A program made the position numbers and the translations under genes. The notes below the pieces were generated by a model that worked only from the letters and a program-made list of their open reading frames with translations, ran no database searches and was not told the DNA's origin. 64,000 bases of DNA from an uncultured Gemmatimonadales bacterium. Lineage in GTDB: Bacteria; Gemmatimonadota; Gemmatimonadetes; Longimicrobiales; Longimicrobiaceae. Positions within the stretch are counted from its first letter, which is position 1, and each line of letters begins with the position of its first letter. Location of the stretch: the NCBI GenBank assembly GCA_963716255.1, contig OY970303.1, positions 5,152,001 to 5,216,000 on the forward strand. Reading direction: 5' to 3'. Of the stretch, positions 26,881 to 37,270 are shown one piece after another.

Positions 26881-29800
26881 GTGACCGCCGCCGACCTCCT
26901 CGCCCAGCTCCAGGCGACCTTTCCCGCCGGGGCCACGTCGGGCACCTTCGACGCCACCCGGGTGGCCGGGGGCGAATACGCGCCCCTGCTCTCCGGGCTG
27001 GGCATCCCCCCCGCACTGCCGCTGACCTCGGCGCAGGGGTGGCAGACGGACGGCAGCGTGGTCACCCTGAGCGGCGCGGCCACCGTCCCCGTCCTCGGCG
27101 TGGAGGCGCCCGCCGTCTTTTTCCGCTTCACCCCCGACGGCGACGACTTCGTCCTCCTTCTGGACGTGGCGCTCTCGGCGGACTGGACGTTCCCGCGGTC
27201 GTTTCCGACGCTGGCGGGCGGCGTGTTCTCCGAGCTGCGGCTGGCCGCGCCCGCGGACGCCGCCCTGATCGTGGCCTCGGGACCCGCAGTGGATCCGCTC
27301 CGCGGCGGGCTCTCGGTGGACGCGGGGCTGAGCTTCACGGGGACGTTCGACGTGAGCTCCAGCGCGTGGTCGGCCATCGCGTGGATCGCGGCGGACGGCC
27401 ATCCGGGCGCCGTCACGGGCCCCGTCGGCTACGTGGCGGAGACGGGCGCGGTGGAGATGACGCTCCCCCTGGCCGTGGGGCGCGTCGCGCACCTGGTGGG
27501 GAGCACGGGGCCCGCGCTGGACCTGAAGCTGTCGCTCTACAGTGGGTTGGACGTGGGGCTCCGGCAGTACGTCTGCGGGGTGCGCTTCGACACCGTGCTG
27601 GAGATGGAGCAGGCGGGCGGGACGGCGGCGACGGTGGACTTCTTCGCCCTGCTCGCCACGCCGGCGCAGGGCGTCCTCACCCTCACGGCGGCGGCGAGCG
27701 CCCTCTCGTTCTCGCCCGGGGAGCTGGCGCGCTGGTTCGGGCCGCACCTGGACGTCTCCGGCTCGCTCCCGCCCGGCCTGGGCGACGGTGCGCTGGCGCG
27801 GGTGGACGCGCTCTCCCTGGGCGTGGGCCTGGTGAGCCGCACGCTGGAGTACGCCTACCTCTCCGTGAGCGCCCAGCCGGACAAGACGTGGGAGATCTGG
27901 CCGGGCGTGCTGGCGGTGGGCGACCTGTCGTTCCTGTGCGGCGTGTTCGGGCCGATGGGCGACGCGCCACGGTACTCGTACACGTTCCGCGGCCTGGTGC
28001 GGGTGGGGAACGTGCCCGTGCGCGTGCAGGGCCGGCTCCCCGAGCGGAGGCTGACGGGCGCGCTGGACGGGACGGGCGAGCCCCCCTCCGTCGCGGGCTT
28101 CCTCCAGGACGTGTTCGGCTTCACGGCCGGAGTCCCCGAGTCGCTGCGGGTGGCGGCGCTGGACTTCTCGCTGGACGCGGACCAGGGCATCTACTCGGCC
28201 GACGTGGAGATCGAAGGCTCGTGGCTGTTCGTCTTCGGCGACGACAACGTGCTGGAGTTCGAGGACCTGCAGCTGGGCGTGGGCTACTCGAAGGAGGGCG
28301 GGCCGTCGGGCACCATCACGGGTGTGTTCCGCGTGGACGTCCACGAGTTCACGGTGGAGCTCGACGTAGCGCGCGACAACCTCCGTCTCCGCGGCGCGTG
28401 GACGGACGACGGCGAGCCTCTCGACTACCTCCAGCTGGCCATCGTCCTGGGGATGTACGGCCTGGCGAACCCGCCCCAGGTGCTGGACCTGGCCTTCACC
28501 GGCGCCACTTTCCAGCTGGAGACGGCCGGCCCCTCGGTGTCCGTCACCGCCGAGACGGCGAAGTACGGCTCCGCCGCGCTGGTGGCGGGGCGCAACGCGG
28601 CGGGCGCGTGGGGCTTCCTCTTCGGGATGGAGGCGGCGCTGGACCTGGCCCTGAAACTCACCAACATCCCCGTGGTGGGCGACCTGGTGCCGGCGGGGCT
28701 GGACGTGATCGCGCTCGACGACCTGCGCATCGTGGCAGCCACCAAAGCGATCCCCATCTACACGGAGTCGCCCGAGCTGGCCGAGGTGTTGGGCGGCGAG
28801 GTGAGCAGCGGCGTGGCTGTGTCGGTGGAGATGCGCCTGGGGACGGAGTACCGGCGGCAGTTCTCCGTGCGCTTCGGCGGCGCGGACGACGGCGCCGCAT
28901 ACGACACGCCCCCGCCGCCGCCGGAGCTTCCTGAGGGCGAGCCGCCGCCGGTGGCGACGAAGCCGCCGCCGCTCCCTCCCCCGACTTCGGCGCCGCCCAC
29001 GGCCGCGCCGGGTCCGCAGTACAACTGGGTGGAGGTGCAGCGCGCCTTCGGGCCCGTGCAATTCCAGCGGATCGGCTTCAGCATCACCCCAGAGGAACGG
29101 CTGGCGGTGGCGCTGGACAGCTCCGTGTCGCTGGCAGGGCTCACGATCGCGCTCACGGGCCTCAGCGCCGAGATTCCCCTCGAAGCCCCCTATATCCCCA
29201 GCTTCGGGCTGACGGGGCTGGCCGTGGAGTACGCGGCGGCCGGGCTGGAGATCGGCGGCGCGCTGGTGAAGGTGCCCGGCCGCGACCCCGCCGAGTACTC
29301 GGGCGACCTTGTGGTGGAGGTGGAGCGCTTCGGGGCGATGGCCTTCGGCTCGTACACGACGGTGGGCGGCTCGCCGTCGCTGTTCGGGTTCCTGTTCCTC
29401 GACGTGGCGCTGGGCGGCCCGGGCTTCTTCTTCGTGACGGGCGTGGCGGGCGGCTTCGGCTTCAACCGTACGCTGCGCCTCCCCACCATCGACACCGTCC
29501 AGAGCTACCCGCTGGTGCAGGGGGCGATGGGCACGCTCGACGCCCGCGCCACCGTGGCCGCGCTGGACGAGTACATCCAGCCCGCGCCCAGCCAGTACTG
29601 GTTCGCGGCGGGGGTGCGCTTCACCTCGTACGGGCTGCTGCGCTCGTACGTGCTGGCCACGGTGTCGTTCGGCACGTCGGTCGAGGTGGGGCTGATGGGC
29701 GAGTCCACCCTCGCGCTCCCGCCCGCGGGCGGCGAGGAGGAGGAGGGCGCGCTGGCCCCCATCGCCGAGGCGGACCTGGTGCTGCTGGTGGACGTGGTGC

Positions 29801-31218
29801 CGTCGTCGGGCGTGCTGGCGGTGGCGGCGCAGTTGTCGCCCGCGTCGTACGTGCTGTCGAAGCAGGCGCACCTCACCGGCGGCTTCGCGTTCTACCTGTG
29901 GTTCCCGCCGTCGCCCCACGCGGGCGACTTCGTGGTGGCGCTGGGCGGCTACAACCCGTACTTCGACGCGCCCGCGCACTATCCCGCCGTGCCCCGCCTG
30001 GGGTTCACGTGGTCGCTCTCCTCCGAATTGTCGCTCACGGGGGGGCTGTACTGCGCGCTCACGCCGGGACTGGTGATGGCCGGCGGCTCGCTGAAGGCCG
30101 CGTGGAAGGGCGGGGGGCTGACCGCGTGGTTCACGGCCGAGGCGGACTTCCTCGTGCGCCTGCGCCCCTTCGCGTACGACGCGCGGGTGGCGGTGTCGGT
30201 GGGTGTCTCCTACACGCTGAACCTGGGCTTCACCTCGAAGACCCTCGCCGTGCAGGTCTCCGGCGAGGTGGACCTGTGGGGGCAGCCGTTCGGGGGGCGG
30301 GCGTGGGTGGACGCGGGTGTCGTCTCCTTCTCGTTCGACTTCGGGACGCCGCGGCCCGGCCCTGCGCCCGACCTCTCCTGGAGCGCCTTCCTCCACGCAT
30401 TCCTGCCGCCCGTCGCCTCGCCGGTGACGGCGCCGGCCACCACGGCCGCCGTGCAGATGGCTGCCTCGGAGGGCGCCCCGTCGCCCACCGCGACCGACTC
30501 GCTGGTGGCCATCCACGCGTCGTCCGGCCTCCTGGGCACGTTCACCGACGGCGGCGACTCCGTGTGGCGGGTGGACCCGGCGGCGCTCCGGCTGACGGTG
30601 ACCACGCAGGTCCCCTCGAAGACCGCCTCCGTGTGGACGGCGTCGTCCCCGGCGGTGGAGGGCGCGTGGAACACGGCGTTCGGCGTGGGGCCGATGGGCG
30701 CCGCCCCCGACGCCGTCGCCGTCAGGCTCGCGATCGCCCTGCTGCGCGGCGGCCGGCCCGACGCCGACGGCTGGAGCGCGGCGGCGGTAACGGGGAACGT
30801 GCCGGCGGGCGTGTGGCTCTCCACCGCGGCCAAAATGGACGCGCCGGCCACCGTGAACGGCGTGCTGACGGGGATCGAACTCGTCCCCGTCGTCCCGCCG
30901 CCGGACGCGACCGTTCCCGTCGCGACCTCCGCGCTGCTGGGCGACAACGCGCCGGTGCGGACGCTCGGCTGGTCATCCGTCGCGCCCCCTGCGAGCGACT
31001 CGTTCGACCAGGGCGCCGCGATGGGCGAGATGCAGCGCACCCTCGTGAACCCCTCCGTGAGCGCCGTCCGTTCCGGCGTCCTGCGCGCGCTCCGGCTCCA
31101 GGGGCTGACCACGGCCGAATCGGTGGATGTCTCCGGATTCGCCGCGATGGCGCCCGACCTGATGACGTCGCCCCCGCACCTGCGGCTGCTGGGCGAGACG
31201 CCCGCCCCTTCCGCGTGA
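26881..31218 (+). CDS. large beta-rich DUF6603-like protein
   Basis: Motifs recalled for DUF6603: LGGPGFFFVTGVAGGFGFNR, LTGGFAFYLWF and GDFVVALGGYNPYF..P.HYP.VPRLG; alternating amphipathic beta pattern throughout. Confidence 0.72.
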   Translation: MTAADLLAQLQATFPAGATSGTFDATRVAGGEYAPLLSGLGIPPALPLTSAQGWQTDGSVVTLSGAATVPVLGVEAPAVFFRFTPDGDDFVLLLDVALSADWTFPRSFPTLAGGVFSELRLAAPADAALIVASGPAVDPLRGGLSVDAGLSFTGTFDVSSSAWSAIAWIAADGHPGAVTGPVGYVAETGAVEMTLPLAVGRVAHLVGSTGPALDLKLSLYSGLDVGLRQYVCGVRFDTVLEMEQAGGTAATVDFFALLATPAQGVLTLTAAASALSFSPGELARWFGPHLDVSGSLPPGLGDGALARVDALSLGVGLVSRTLEYAYLSVSAQPDKTWEIWPGVLAVGDLSFLCGVFGPMGDAPRYSYTFRGLVRVGNVPVRVQGRLPERRLTGALDGTGEPPSVAGFLQDVFGFTAGVPESLRVAALDFSLDADQGIYSADVEIEGSWLFVFGDDNVLEFEDLQLGVGYSKEGGPSGTITGVFRVDVHEFTVELDVARDNLRLRGAWTDDGEPLDYLQLAIVLGMYGLANPPQVLDLAFTGATFQLETAGPSVSVTAETAKYGSAALVAGRNAAGAWGFLFGMEAALDLALKLTNIPVVGDLVPAGLDVIALDDLRIVAATKAIPIYTESPELAEVLGGEVSSGVAVSVEMRLGTEYRRQFSVRFGGADDGAAYDTPPPPPELPEGEPPPVATKPPPLPPPTSAPPTAAPGPQYNWVEVQRAFGPVQFQRIGFSITPEERLAVALDSSVSLAGLTIALTGLSAEIPLEAPYIPSFGLTGLAVEYAAAGLEIGGALVKVPGRDPAEYSGDLVVEVERFGAMAFGSYTTVGGSPSLFGFLFLDVALGGPGFFFVTGVAGGFGFNRTLRLPTIDTVQSYPLVQGAMGTLDARATVAALDEYIQPAPSQYWFAAGVRFTSYGLLRSYVLATVSFGTSVEVGLMGESTLALPPAGGEEEEGALAPIAEADLVLLVDVVPSSGVLAVAAQLSPASYVLSKQAHLTGGFAFYLWFPPSPHAGDFVVALGGYNPYFDAPAHYPAVPRLGFTWSLSSELSLTGGLYCALTPGLVMAGGSLKAAWKGGGLTAWFTAEADFLVRLRPFAYDARVAVSVGVSYTLNLGFTSKTLAVQVSGEVDLWGQPFGGRAWVDAGVVSFSFDFGTPRPGPAPDLSWSAFLHAFLPPVASPVTAPATTAAVQMAASEGAPSPTATDSLVAIHASSGLLGTFTDGGDSVWRVDPAALRLTVTTQVPSKTASVWTASSPAVEGAWNTAFGVGPMGAAPDAVAVRLAIALLRGGRPDADGWSAAAVTGNVPAGVWLSTAAKMDAPATVNGVLTGIELVPVVPPPDATVPVATSALLGDNAPVRTLGWSSVAPPASDSFDQGAAMGEMQRTLVNPSVSAVRSGVLRALRLQGLTTAESVDVSGFAAMAPDLMTSPPHLRLLGETPAPSA

Positions 31219-31225
31219 CCCGGCC

Positions 31226-32581
31226 ATGAGCGACCCGGACGGCACCCTCCCCGCCGGGGCGGACGTCACCTTCGTCCAGTACCTGCTGCCCCCGCTGCGC
31301 AGCGGCGAGGTGACCGTTTCCGCCGCGCAGATCGTGGAGGCGGCGGGCGCGGCGCAGACCTTCGTGACCTCGCAGCGGATGTCCGTGGCCGGCGCGCGGT
31401 ACCGGCTGGGCACCGACGACGTGGCCGGCGTCTTCCCCCCGCCGGGGAGCCAGGGCGAGTTCGCCGACGTCCTGCCGCACGTCGTCCTCGCGTCGCCCAC
31501 GCTGCCGTGGCAGCGCGCGGCGGACCCGGCGGCCACCCCGCCCGCGGCGGGCGCGCCGGTGGCCACGTGGATGGCGGTGCTCCCCTTCCGTGCGCTGGAC
31601 CCGCCGCCCGTGCCGCAGGCCGTCACGCTGGGCGAGCTGACGCCGTCGGGCACCGTCTTCTTCCCCCCGCGATCCACCGAGCCGGGCGAGAACGACGCCG
31701 ACCCGGTGACGGTGATCGACGTGCCCGTGGCGCTGTTCGCGGCGGTGGCACCCACGGCGGCGGACCTGGACTGGCTCGCGCACGTGCGCCGCGTGGACGT
31801 CCGCGCACGCCCGGCCGGCGACGGGCCGCCGCGCTCCGACTTCGGGGTGGTGATGGGGAACCGGCTGGGGCTGCCGGGGCAGGCGACGACGGCGGTTCTC
31901 GTGTCGCTCGAGGGATGGGCGCCGTACCTCCCCGCGAAGGACGGGACGCCGTCTCCCCATCTCCCCGAGCCGGCGGAGACGGTGCGGCTCGTCGTCCTCC
32001 ATCACTGGACGTACAGCGCGGTCGATCAGCAGCAGACGTTCGAGGGGCTGCTGACGGCGGTGAGCACGTCGCCCTCCGGCATCCAGCTCCCGATGAACGG
32101 CCCGGCGGCGGGCGATGCCTCGGCGGACGCGCTCGTGGCCGACGCCGGCGCGATGGGCTACACGGCGATGGACCACGCGCTGCTGAACGGCGATTCCACC
32201 GTCTCCTGGTACCGCGGGCCGCTGCTGCCGCTGGGCACGCCGCGGTTCGTGGCGCCGCCGTACGCCGCCGCCTCGCCGCTGCTGCGGTACGACCCCACGA
32301 CGGGGATGTTCGACGTCACGTACGCCGCCGCCTGGTCGCTGGGCCGGCTGCTGGCGCTGCGCGACAACGCGTTCGCCACGGCGCTATACCGCTGGAAGCT
32401 CACGCAGGCGCGCTCGGCCGTGGCCGCGCTGGAGACGGCGCTGCTGGACGAGACGCTGGGCGATCTCCTGCCGCTCGCCGCCGGCACCGCGGGCGAGGCG
32501 CGCCGGGCCCGCTTCGCCGCCGCGGCGGCCAGGGTGGCCGCGCCGGCCGCCGCCCGCCTTGCCGCCGACTCCGCACCCTGA
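31226..32581 (+). CDS. uncharacterised protein of the DUF6603-like operon
   Basis: 7 nt after the previous stop; LPHVVL..PTLPWQR, LAHVRRV, VLVSLEG, WYRGPL and FDVTYAAAWSLGRLLAL blocks. Confidence 0.75.
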   Translation: MSDPDGTLPAGADVTFVQYLLPPLRSGEVTVSAAQIVEAAGAAQTFVTSQRMSVAGARYRLGTDDVAGVFPPPGSQGEFADVLPHVVLASPTLPWQRAADPAATPPAAGAPVATWMAVLPFRALDPPPVPQAVTLGELTPSGTVFFPPRSTEPGENDADPVTVIDVPVALFAAVAPTAADLDWLAHVRRVDVRARPAGDGPPRSDFGVVMGNRLGLPGQATTAVLVSLEGWAPYLPAKDGTPSPHLPEPAETVRLVVLHHWTYSAVDQQQTFEGLLTAVSTSPSGIQLPMNGPAAGDASADALVADAGAMGYTAMDHALLNGDSTVSWYRGPLLPLGTPRFVAPPYAAASPLLRYDPTTGMFDVTYAAAWSLGRLLALRDNAFATALYRWKLTQARSAVAALETALLDETLGDLLPLAAGTAGEARRARFAAAAARVAAPAAARLAADSAP

Positions 32582-32588
32582 GGACGCC

Positions 32589-33488
32589 GTGGCCCGACAG
32601 CTTCCCCGCATCGACCTCCGCTCGCGCGCGCTGCGCCTGGACCCGGCGCCCCCGGTCGCCGTGGACGCCGCCCAGGGGAGCGACCTGCCGCTCGTGGTTG
32701 CCTGGATGACGCGGCTGCACCTGCTGCACGGCGTCCCGTTCAACTACCTGGTGCCCGACGAGCGGATGCTCCCGGCGGAGTCGCTCCGCTTCTTCCGGCT
32801 GGACGAGAACTGGATGGGCGCCCTGCTGGACGGCGCCTACTCCATCGGCTTCGCGGGCGCCGCCGAGCCCACCTCCCGGGCCGCGCGCCCGCAGGTGATG
32901 GCCGCCGCGCGCGTCGCCACCCCCCGCGTCCGTCAGGACCTCCTCGCGGCGCCGCGGACGATGGCGGCGACATCGTCCATCGTCGCGCGGGACGAGCCGA
33001 CCGGCGGAGGCGGCCCGGTGAGCGGCTTCCTCCTCCGCTCCGCCGTGGTGGCGGGATGGCCGGGCGTGGAGGTGCGCGGCTGGGCCGACGCCGCGGGCAC
33101 GCAGCCGCTGGCCCTGCTGCGGCTGGAGGCGGTCGCTCCCTCGCTCCTCCTCTGTCTGTTCGACGGCGTGGCGGCGGCGGTGGAGCTGCGCGAGCCGGCC
33201 GAGGCGCTGCACTTCGGCGTGGAGGCGGCGGAGGGCGGCTGGCAGAAGGCCACGCGCTACGCCGCCCCCGTGGACGGCCACGCGGCGGGCGACTTCACCG
33301 GCGTGACGGTGGCCGTGCCCCTGCGCTCGGCGGAGACGGGGGTGGTGGACGTGTCCACCCTCGCCACGGTGCTGGGGGGCGCGGCATTCGGCGGGTCGCC
33401 GCCGGAGAATGCCGTGTTCACGGCCGCCGAGTTCGGGCTGGAGATGGTGGAGGGCGTGCAGGTGGTTCGCTTCCAGGCGGACGGCTGA
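32589..33488 (+). CDS. uncharacterised protein of the DUF6603-like operon
   Basis: GAGGA then GTG 32589; VPFNYLVPDERMLPAESLRFF, GFLLRSAVVAGWPG and EPAEALHFG blocks. Confidence 0.72.
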   Translation: MARQLPRIDLRSRALRLDPAPPVAVDAAQGSDLPLVVAWMTRLHLLHGVPFNYLVPDERMLPAESLRFFRLDENWMGALLDGAYSIGFAGAAEPTSRAARPQVMAAARVATPRVRQDLLAAPRTMAATSSIVARDEPTGGGGPVSGFLLRSAVVAGWPGVEVRGWADAAGTQPLALLRLEAVAPSLLLCLFDGVAAAVELREPAEALHFGVEAAEGGWQKATRYAAPVDGHAAGDFTGVTVAVPLRSAETGVVDVSTLATVLGGAAFGGSPPENAVFTAAEFGLEMVEGVQVVRFQADG

Positions 33489-33564
33489 CGCGCGAGTGAC
33501 CGACCGGAGAGAGGCCGCCCTCCGCGCCCTCCCGAGAACCCGAACCGGGACGTCCCGGCCCCGA

Positions 33565-36500
33565 ATGCCCGATCCCACGCTCCTCGTCCCCATCCGCGTC
33601 TCCGCCCTGTGCGTGGGAGCGCCCGACGCCCAGCAGGCCCTCGGCCAGCCGCCGATGGCGGACTTCGCGCACCTGCCGTACGCGACGGGCGGCACGGTGC
33701 ACAACCGCGGCCCCTACACGGCCGGCCGCGCCACCGCCGCCGCCGCCCCGTTCAAGGGCGCGGCCGAGCTGCCGGCGGGCGTGCACCTCCACTGGTCGCT
33801 CCCCGAGGGGCTGTCGCACGCCGTCGCCTCCGGGCCGGGGGAGGGGTCGCGCTTCCCCGCCGTGCCCTCGCGCTGGATGGTGGTGCGCGTGGCCGTGGAC
33901 GCGCAGGGCGGCTACACGACGGCGTCGTGGGTGGTGGAGAGCGACCGGCTCTCCGTCTCCGCCACGGTTCCGCCGGGGATGGCGCAGCCCACCGTTCCGT
34001 GGGGCGCGCAGCCGGGCCAGGGCTTCCGCTACCTCGGCCAGGCGTTCGACGCGGCCACCTGGGCGGAGTCGAGCACGTCGGTGGATCGCCTGTCGCCGCT
34101 CACCGCCGTGGGCTACGGCGAGCCGACGTTCGCGTCATACTATCCCAATTGCAGCAGCGTCTTCGGGTTCCATGATCCCATGTCGGGATACACCGCCGGC
34201 ACGACCCTCACCTACTACGTCGCGGGGTGGTACGGCGACGTCGGCGACGATCCGCTCTCGGCCGGCGGCGTGGCGCCCGGCGACAACCCGTACGGCTGGA
34301 CGTGGACGGGCGGCGAGACCCCCACGCGCACCCTCTGCACGGGAGCCGTGGGCGATTTCGCCTGGTCGTCGGGGACGGCGTACCTGAGCCGGGCGCCGTC
34401 CGCGCTGACGGCCGCCGTGGCCGCGTCGCCGCAGGAGGCCCTCTCCGCGCTGATGGCGGACGCACTGGCCGCCGCGTATCCGGACCAGGACTTCTCCAGC
34501 GCCGAGCCGCTGCTGAACGCGCTCCAGTTCGGCCTGCTGGCGCGCCCCGTCACGCCGGATTCGCTGGAGGCGTTCGAGGAGGCCGTGCACGCCGCCGGTT
34601 TCGGCGCGCTGGACGGCGGCGTCGTGTGGTCCGTCGTCCCCGCCGATTCCAGCGGGGACGCCGGCGAGGGCTCCGAGGCCACGCTCCCCGCCGGCCAGGG
34701 CGCGATGCTGGACAGTCTCAACGACCTCGAGTACCGGCTGTCCGACCTGGGACGCGAGCTGGCCGGGCGGCGGCAGCAGCTGTTCGTCGACTGGCAGAAG
34801 TACCTCGTGACGGCGTACGAGCCCCTGCGCGCGCCGCCCACCCTCCGCGTGCGCCTCACCGACGTCATGGCGTACGTGGAGGACGAGGTCGCCGCGATCA
34901 CGGCCATCGCGGGGCTCGGCGGCGCGATGGACACGCTCCAGGCGCAGGTCGATGCGGCGAGCGCCACGCTGGCCGCCGTCCTGGATCCGTCGCTGCGGCT
35001 GGCGCGGACCGCGCTGGCGCCGCGTTTCCATCGTCCGGCCGACCCCGTCCTCGTCCTCTCCGGCGCCGACGTGGCGCCGCGCGGCCATCCCCGGACGCTG
35101 GGAGAGAGCGGCGGCTTCCTCCGCTGCCGCACCGCGAGCCAGCTCGTGACGCGTCTCACGGTCGCCGACGGGCTGCTGCCGGGGAGCGCGGCGGAGTCGG
35201 TGTCCGCCTCGCAGATGCCGGCCGTGCCCGTCCAGCCGTCCACCGTGCCGTCCGACGCGTTCCAGGGGGCGTTCGCGGATGCGTTCTTCCTGAACCCGGG
35301 GCTCCAGGCGCGCGTCGCCAAGCTCGTGGACTACCCGGGCGGCTCCACCAACCCGGCGCACATGGACTTCGCGGCTACGGAGGCTGCCCTGCGCGCCGCC
35401 GCCGCCGCCTTCGTGGCGGGCAAGACGCCGCAGGGCGTGGCCTACGACGGCGACCCGTCCGCGCCCCGCGCCGTGAGCGGGTGGACGGGCACGCCGTGGG
35501 AGCCCCTCCTCCTCGAGTACGACGTGTCGTTCGGCCCCGTGCAGGAGGTGCTGCCGTCGGGCGGCACGTTCCAGTATCCGCCCGACTACCTGCTGCAGGA
35601 CTTCGCGTTCGACGAGGATTCCATCGACCTCGTCTACCAGGGCGCGGCGCCCACGGCGGGACAGCGGTACGTGGGGAGCGCCGTGCTCTCGGCGGGCGCG
35701 GCCACGGACCTGGCGGGCGCGCTGCGGCGGTGGATCGCCGGCACGGGGAGCGATGACCCGCGCGTGGCGGAGGCGCTGGACGCGGTGACGCGGATGCCGT
35801 TGCTGGCGCAGGGGATGGCCGGCATGGGCGCGGAGATGACGATGCGCCGCCAGGCCCTTCAGATGACGGTGTCCGACCCGCTGGCGCCCGAGCCCGTGCA
35901 GGCCTTCGTCGCCCGTGTCCGCGACGCCGTGGGCGACGAGACGGCGTTCTCCCCGCTGCCGGAGGTGAGCTTCAACCCCGTGCGCGCGGGCACGCTCTCC
36001 GTCGTGCGGCTGCGGCTGCTGGACACCTTCGGGCGGACGATGGAGTACACCGCGCCCCGCGTGGTCGTGGCGCGCGGCCTGGTGCCGGAGCCGGAGCTCG
36101 GCCTTCCCTCCGGCACGGCGTTCCTGCCGCCGCGCGTGGTGCAGCCGTCGCGCCTGCTCTTCCGCTGGATGTCGGCCGCCGGCGCCGCGGAGAGCACGGC
36201 GGTACCCGCCACGTCGCCCGTTCTGGGGTGGGTCATCCCCGACTACCTGGACCGCTCGCTGGCCCTGTACTCGTCGGAAGGCGCGCCGCTGGGCACGCTC
36301 GGCCTCTCGGCGGACGGCGCGACGGTGCTTTGGGTCGCCGCGCCGGGCGGCGGCTGGCCGCTGGGCACGCCGCTGTCCACCGTGATGGCGGGGCAGGACG
36401 CGGAGCTGGCCGCGTTCGCGCGGGCGCTGCAGGAGGGCGGCGCGGCCTACTTCGCCCCGTTCTTCCAGGCCGTGCGCGACGCCCTCGCCTTCTCCCTCCC

Positions 36501-37251
36501 CGAGCGTTTCCGCGAGGGCGTGGGGACGGCCGTGCTCCTGGGGCAGCCGCTGGCGCTGGCCCGCGCCTCCCTCACGCTGTCGCTGGACGGACCGCCGCCC
36601 GCCGATGCCTCGTGGGCGTCGTTCACGGCGGCCGTGCTGGGCAGCGAATCGCTCCCCACCGCGCCGGACGGCGGGCTCACGCAGCTGCGCGTTCCCGTGC
36701 GCCTGGGCGCGCCCGGCCGCCTGGGCGACACGCTCGTGGGATACTGGACGGCGCCCGGCGGAAGCACCGACTGGGCCTCGTTCTACGCCCCCGCCGCCTC
36801 GTCCTGGGACGGACCCGTGGGCCCGCCGTCGCTCGACACCGTCACCCTCGCGCCGCGCGCCGACTCCGCCGCCGACGCCGTGGTGACGATGCTGCTGGAT
36901 CCGCGCGGCGCCGTGCACGCCACCACGGGCCTCCTCCCCGTGGACGCCGTCTCCCTTCCCCCGTCGCAGTACGCGGACGCGATGCGGCAGCTGGCCGTGG
37001 CGTTCGCGGCGGGACCCGTCCTCTCCGGCAGCAACGCGCCGGCCGAGGGCGACGGCCCGCCGCCCATGACGCTCGTGCGCCCGCGGGTGGCGTCGGGCGC
37101 GTGGACGTGGGTGACGGTGGACCGCGGCGCGTGGGCCTCCGTGCCGCTGGACGACGCCCCGAGCGCCGCCGGCACCCTCTCGTACTCGCCGCAGCGCGTC
37201 TCCGACGGCTGGATGGTCCTCACCGGGCCCGGCACCTCTTCCTCCTCCTGA
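33565..37251 (+). CDS. large uncharacterised protein (~1228 aa) of the DUF6603-like operon
   Basis: GVHLHWSLP, WVVESD, YYPNCSSVFGFHD, central coiled coil, LPPRVVQPSRLLFRW and DPRGAVHATTGLLP blocks. Confidence 0.78.
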   Translation: MPDPTLLVPIRVSALCVGAPDAQQALGQPPMADFAHLPYATGGTVHNRGPYTAGRATAAAAPFKGAAELPAGVHLHWSLPEGLSHAVASGPGEGSRFPAVPSRWMVVRVAVDAQGGYTTASWVVESDRLSVSATVPPGMAQPTVPWGAQPGQGFRYLGQAFDAATWAESSTSVDRLSPLTAVGYGEPTFASYYPNCSSVFGFHDPMSGYTAGTTLTYYVAGWYGDVGDDPLSAGGVAPGDNPYGWTWTGGETPTRTLCTGAVGDFAWSSGTAYLSRAPSALTAAVAASPQEALSALMADALAAAYPDQDFSSAEPLLNALQFGLLARPVTPDSLEAFEEAVHAAGFGALDGGVVWSVVPADSSGDAGEGSEATLPAGQGAMLDSLNDLEYRLSDLGRELAGRRQQLFVDWQKYLVTAYEPLRAPPTLRVRLTDVMAYVEDEVAAITAIAGLGGAMDTLQAQVDAASATLAAVLDPSLRLARTALAPRFHRPADPVLVLSGADVAPRGHPRTLGESGGFLRCRTASQLVTRLTVADGLLPGSAAESVSASQMPAVPVQPSTVPSDAFQGAFADAFFLNPGLQARVAKLVDYPGGSTNPAHMDFAATEAALRAAAAAFVAGKTPQGVAYDGDPSAPRAVSGWTGTPWEPLLLEYDVSFGPVQEVLPSGGTFQYPPDYLLQDFAFDEDSIDLVYQGAAPTAGQRYVGSAVLSAGAATDLAGALRRWIAGTGSDDPRVAEALDAVTRMPLLAQGMAGMGAEMTMRRQALQMTVSDPLAPEPVQAFVARVRDAVGDETAFSPLPEVSFNPVRAGTLSVVRLRLLDTFGRTMEYTAPRVVVARGLVPEPELGLPSGTAFLPPRVVQPSRLLFRWMSAAGAAESTAVPATSPVLGWVIPDYLDRSLALYSSEGAPLGTLGLSADGATVLWVAAPGGGWPLGTPLSTVMAGQDAELAAFARALQEGGAAYFAPFFQAVRDALAFSLPERFREGVGTAVLLGQPLALARASLTLSLDGPPPADASWASFTAAVLGSESLPTAPDGGLTQLRVPVRLGAPGRLGDTLVGYWTAPGGSTDWASFYAPAASSWDGPVGPPSLDTVTLAPRADSAADAVVTMLLDPRGAVHATTGLLPVDAVSLPPSQYADAMRQLAVAFAAGPVLSGSNAPAEGDGPPPMTLVRPRVASGAWTWVTVDRGAWASVPLDDAPSAAGTLSYSPQRVSDGWMVLTGPGTSSSS

Positions 37252-37270
37252 CGCGACGCGAGCCCCGACC

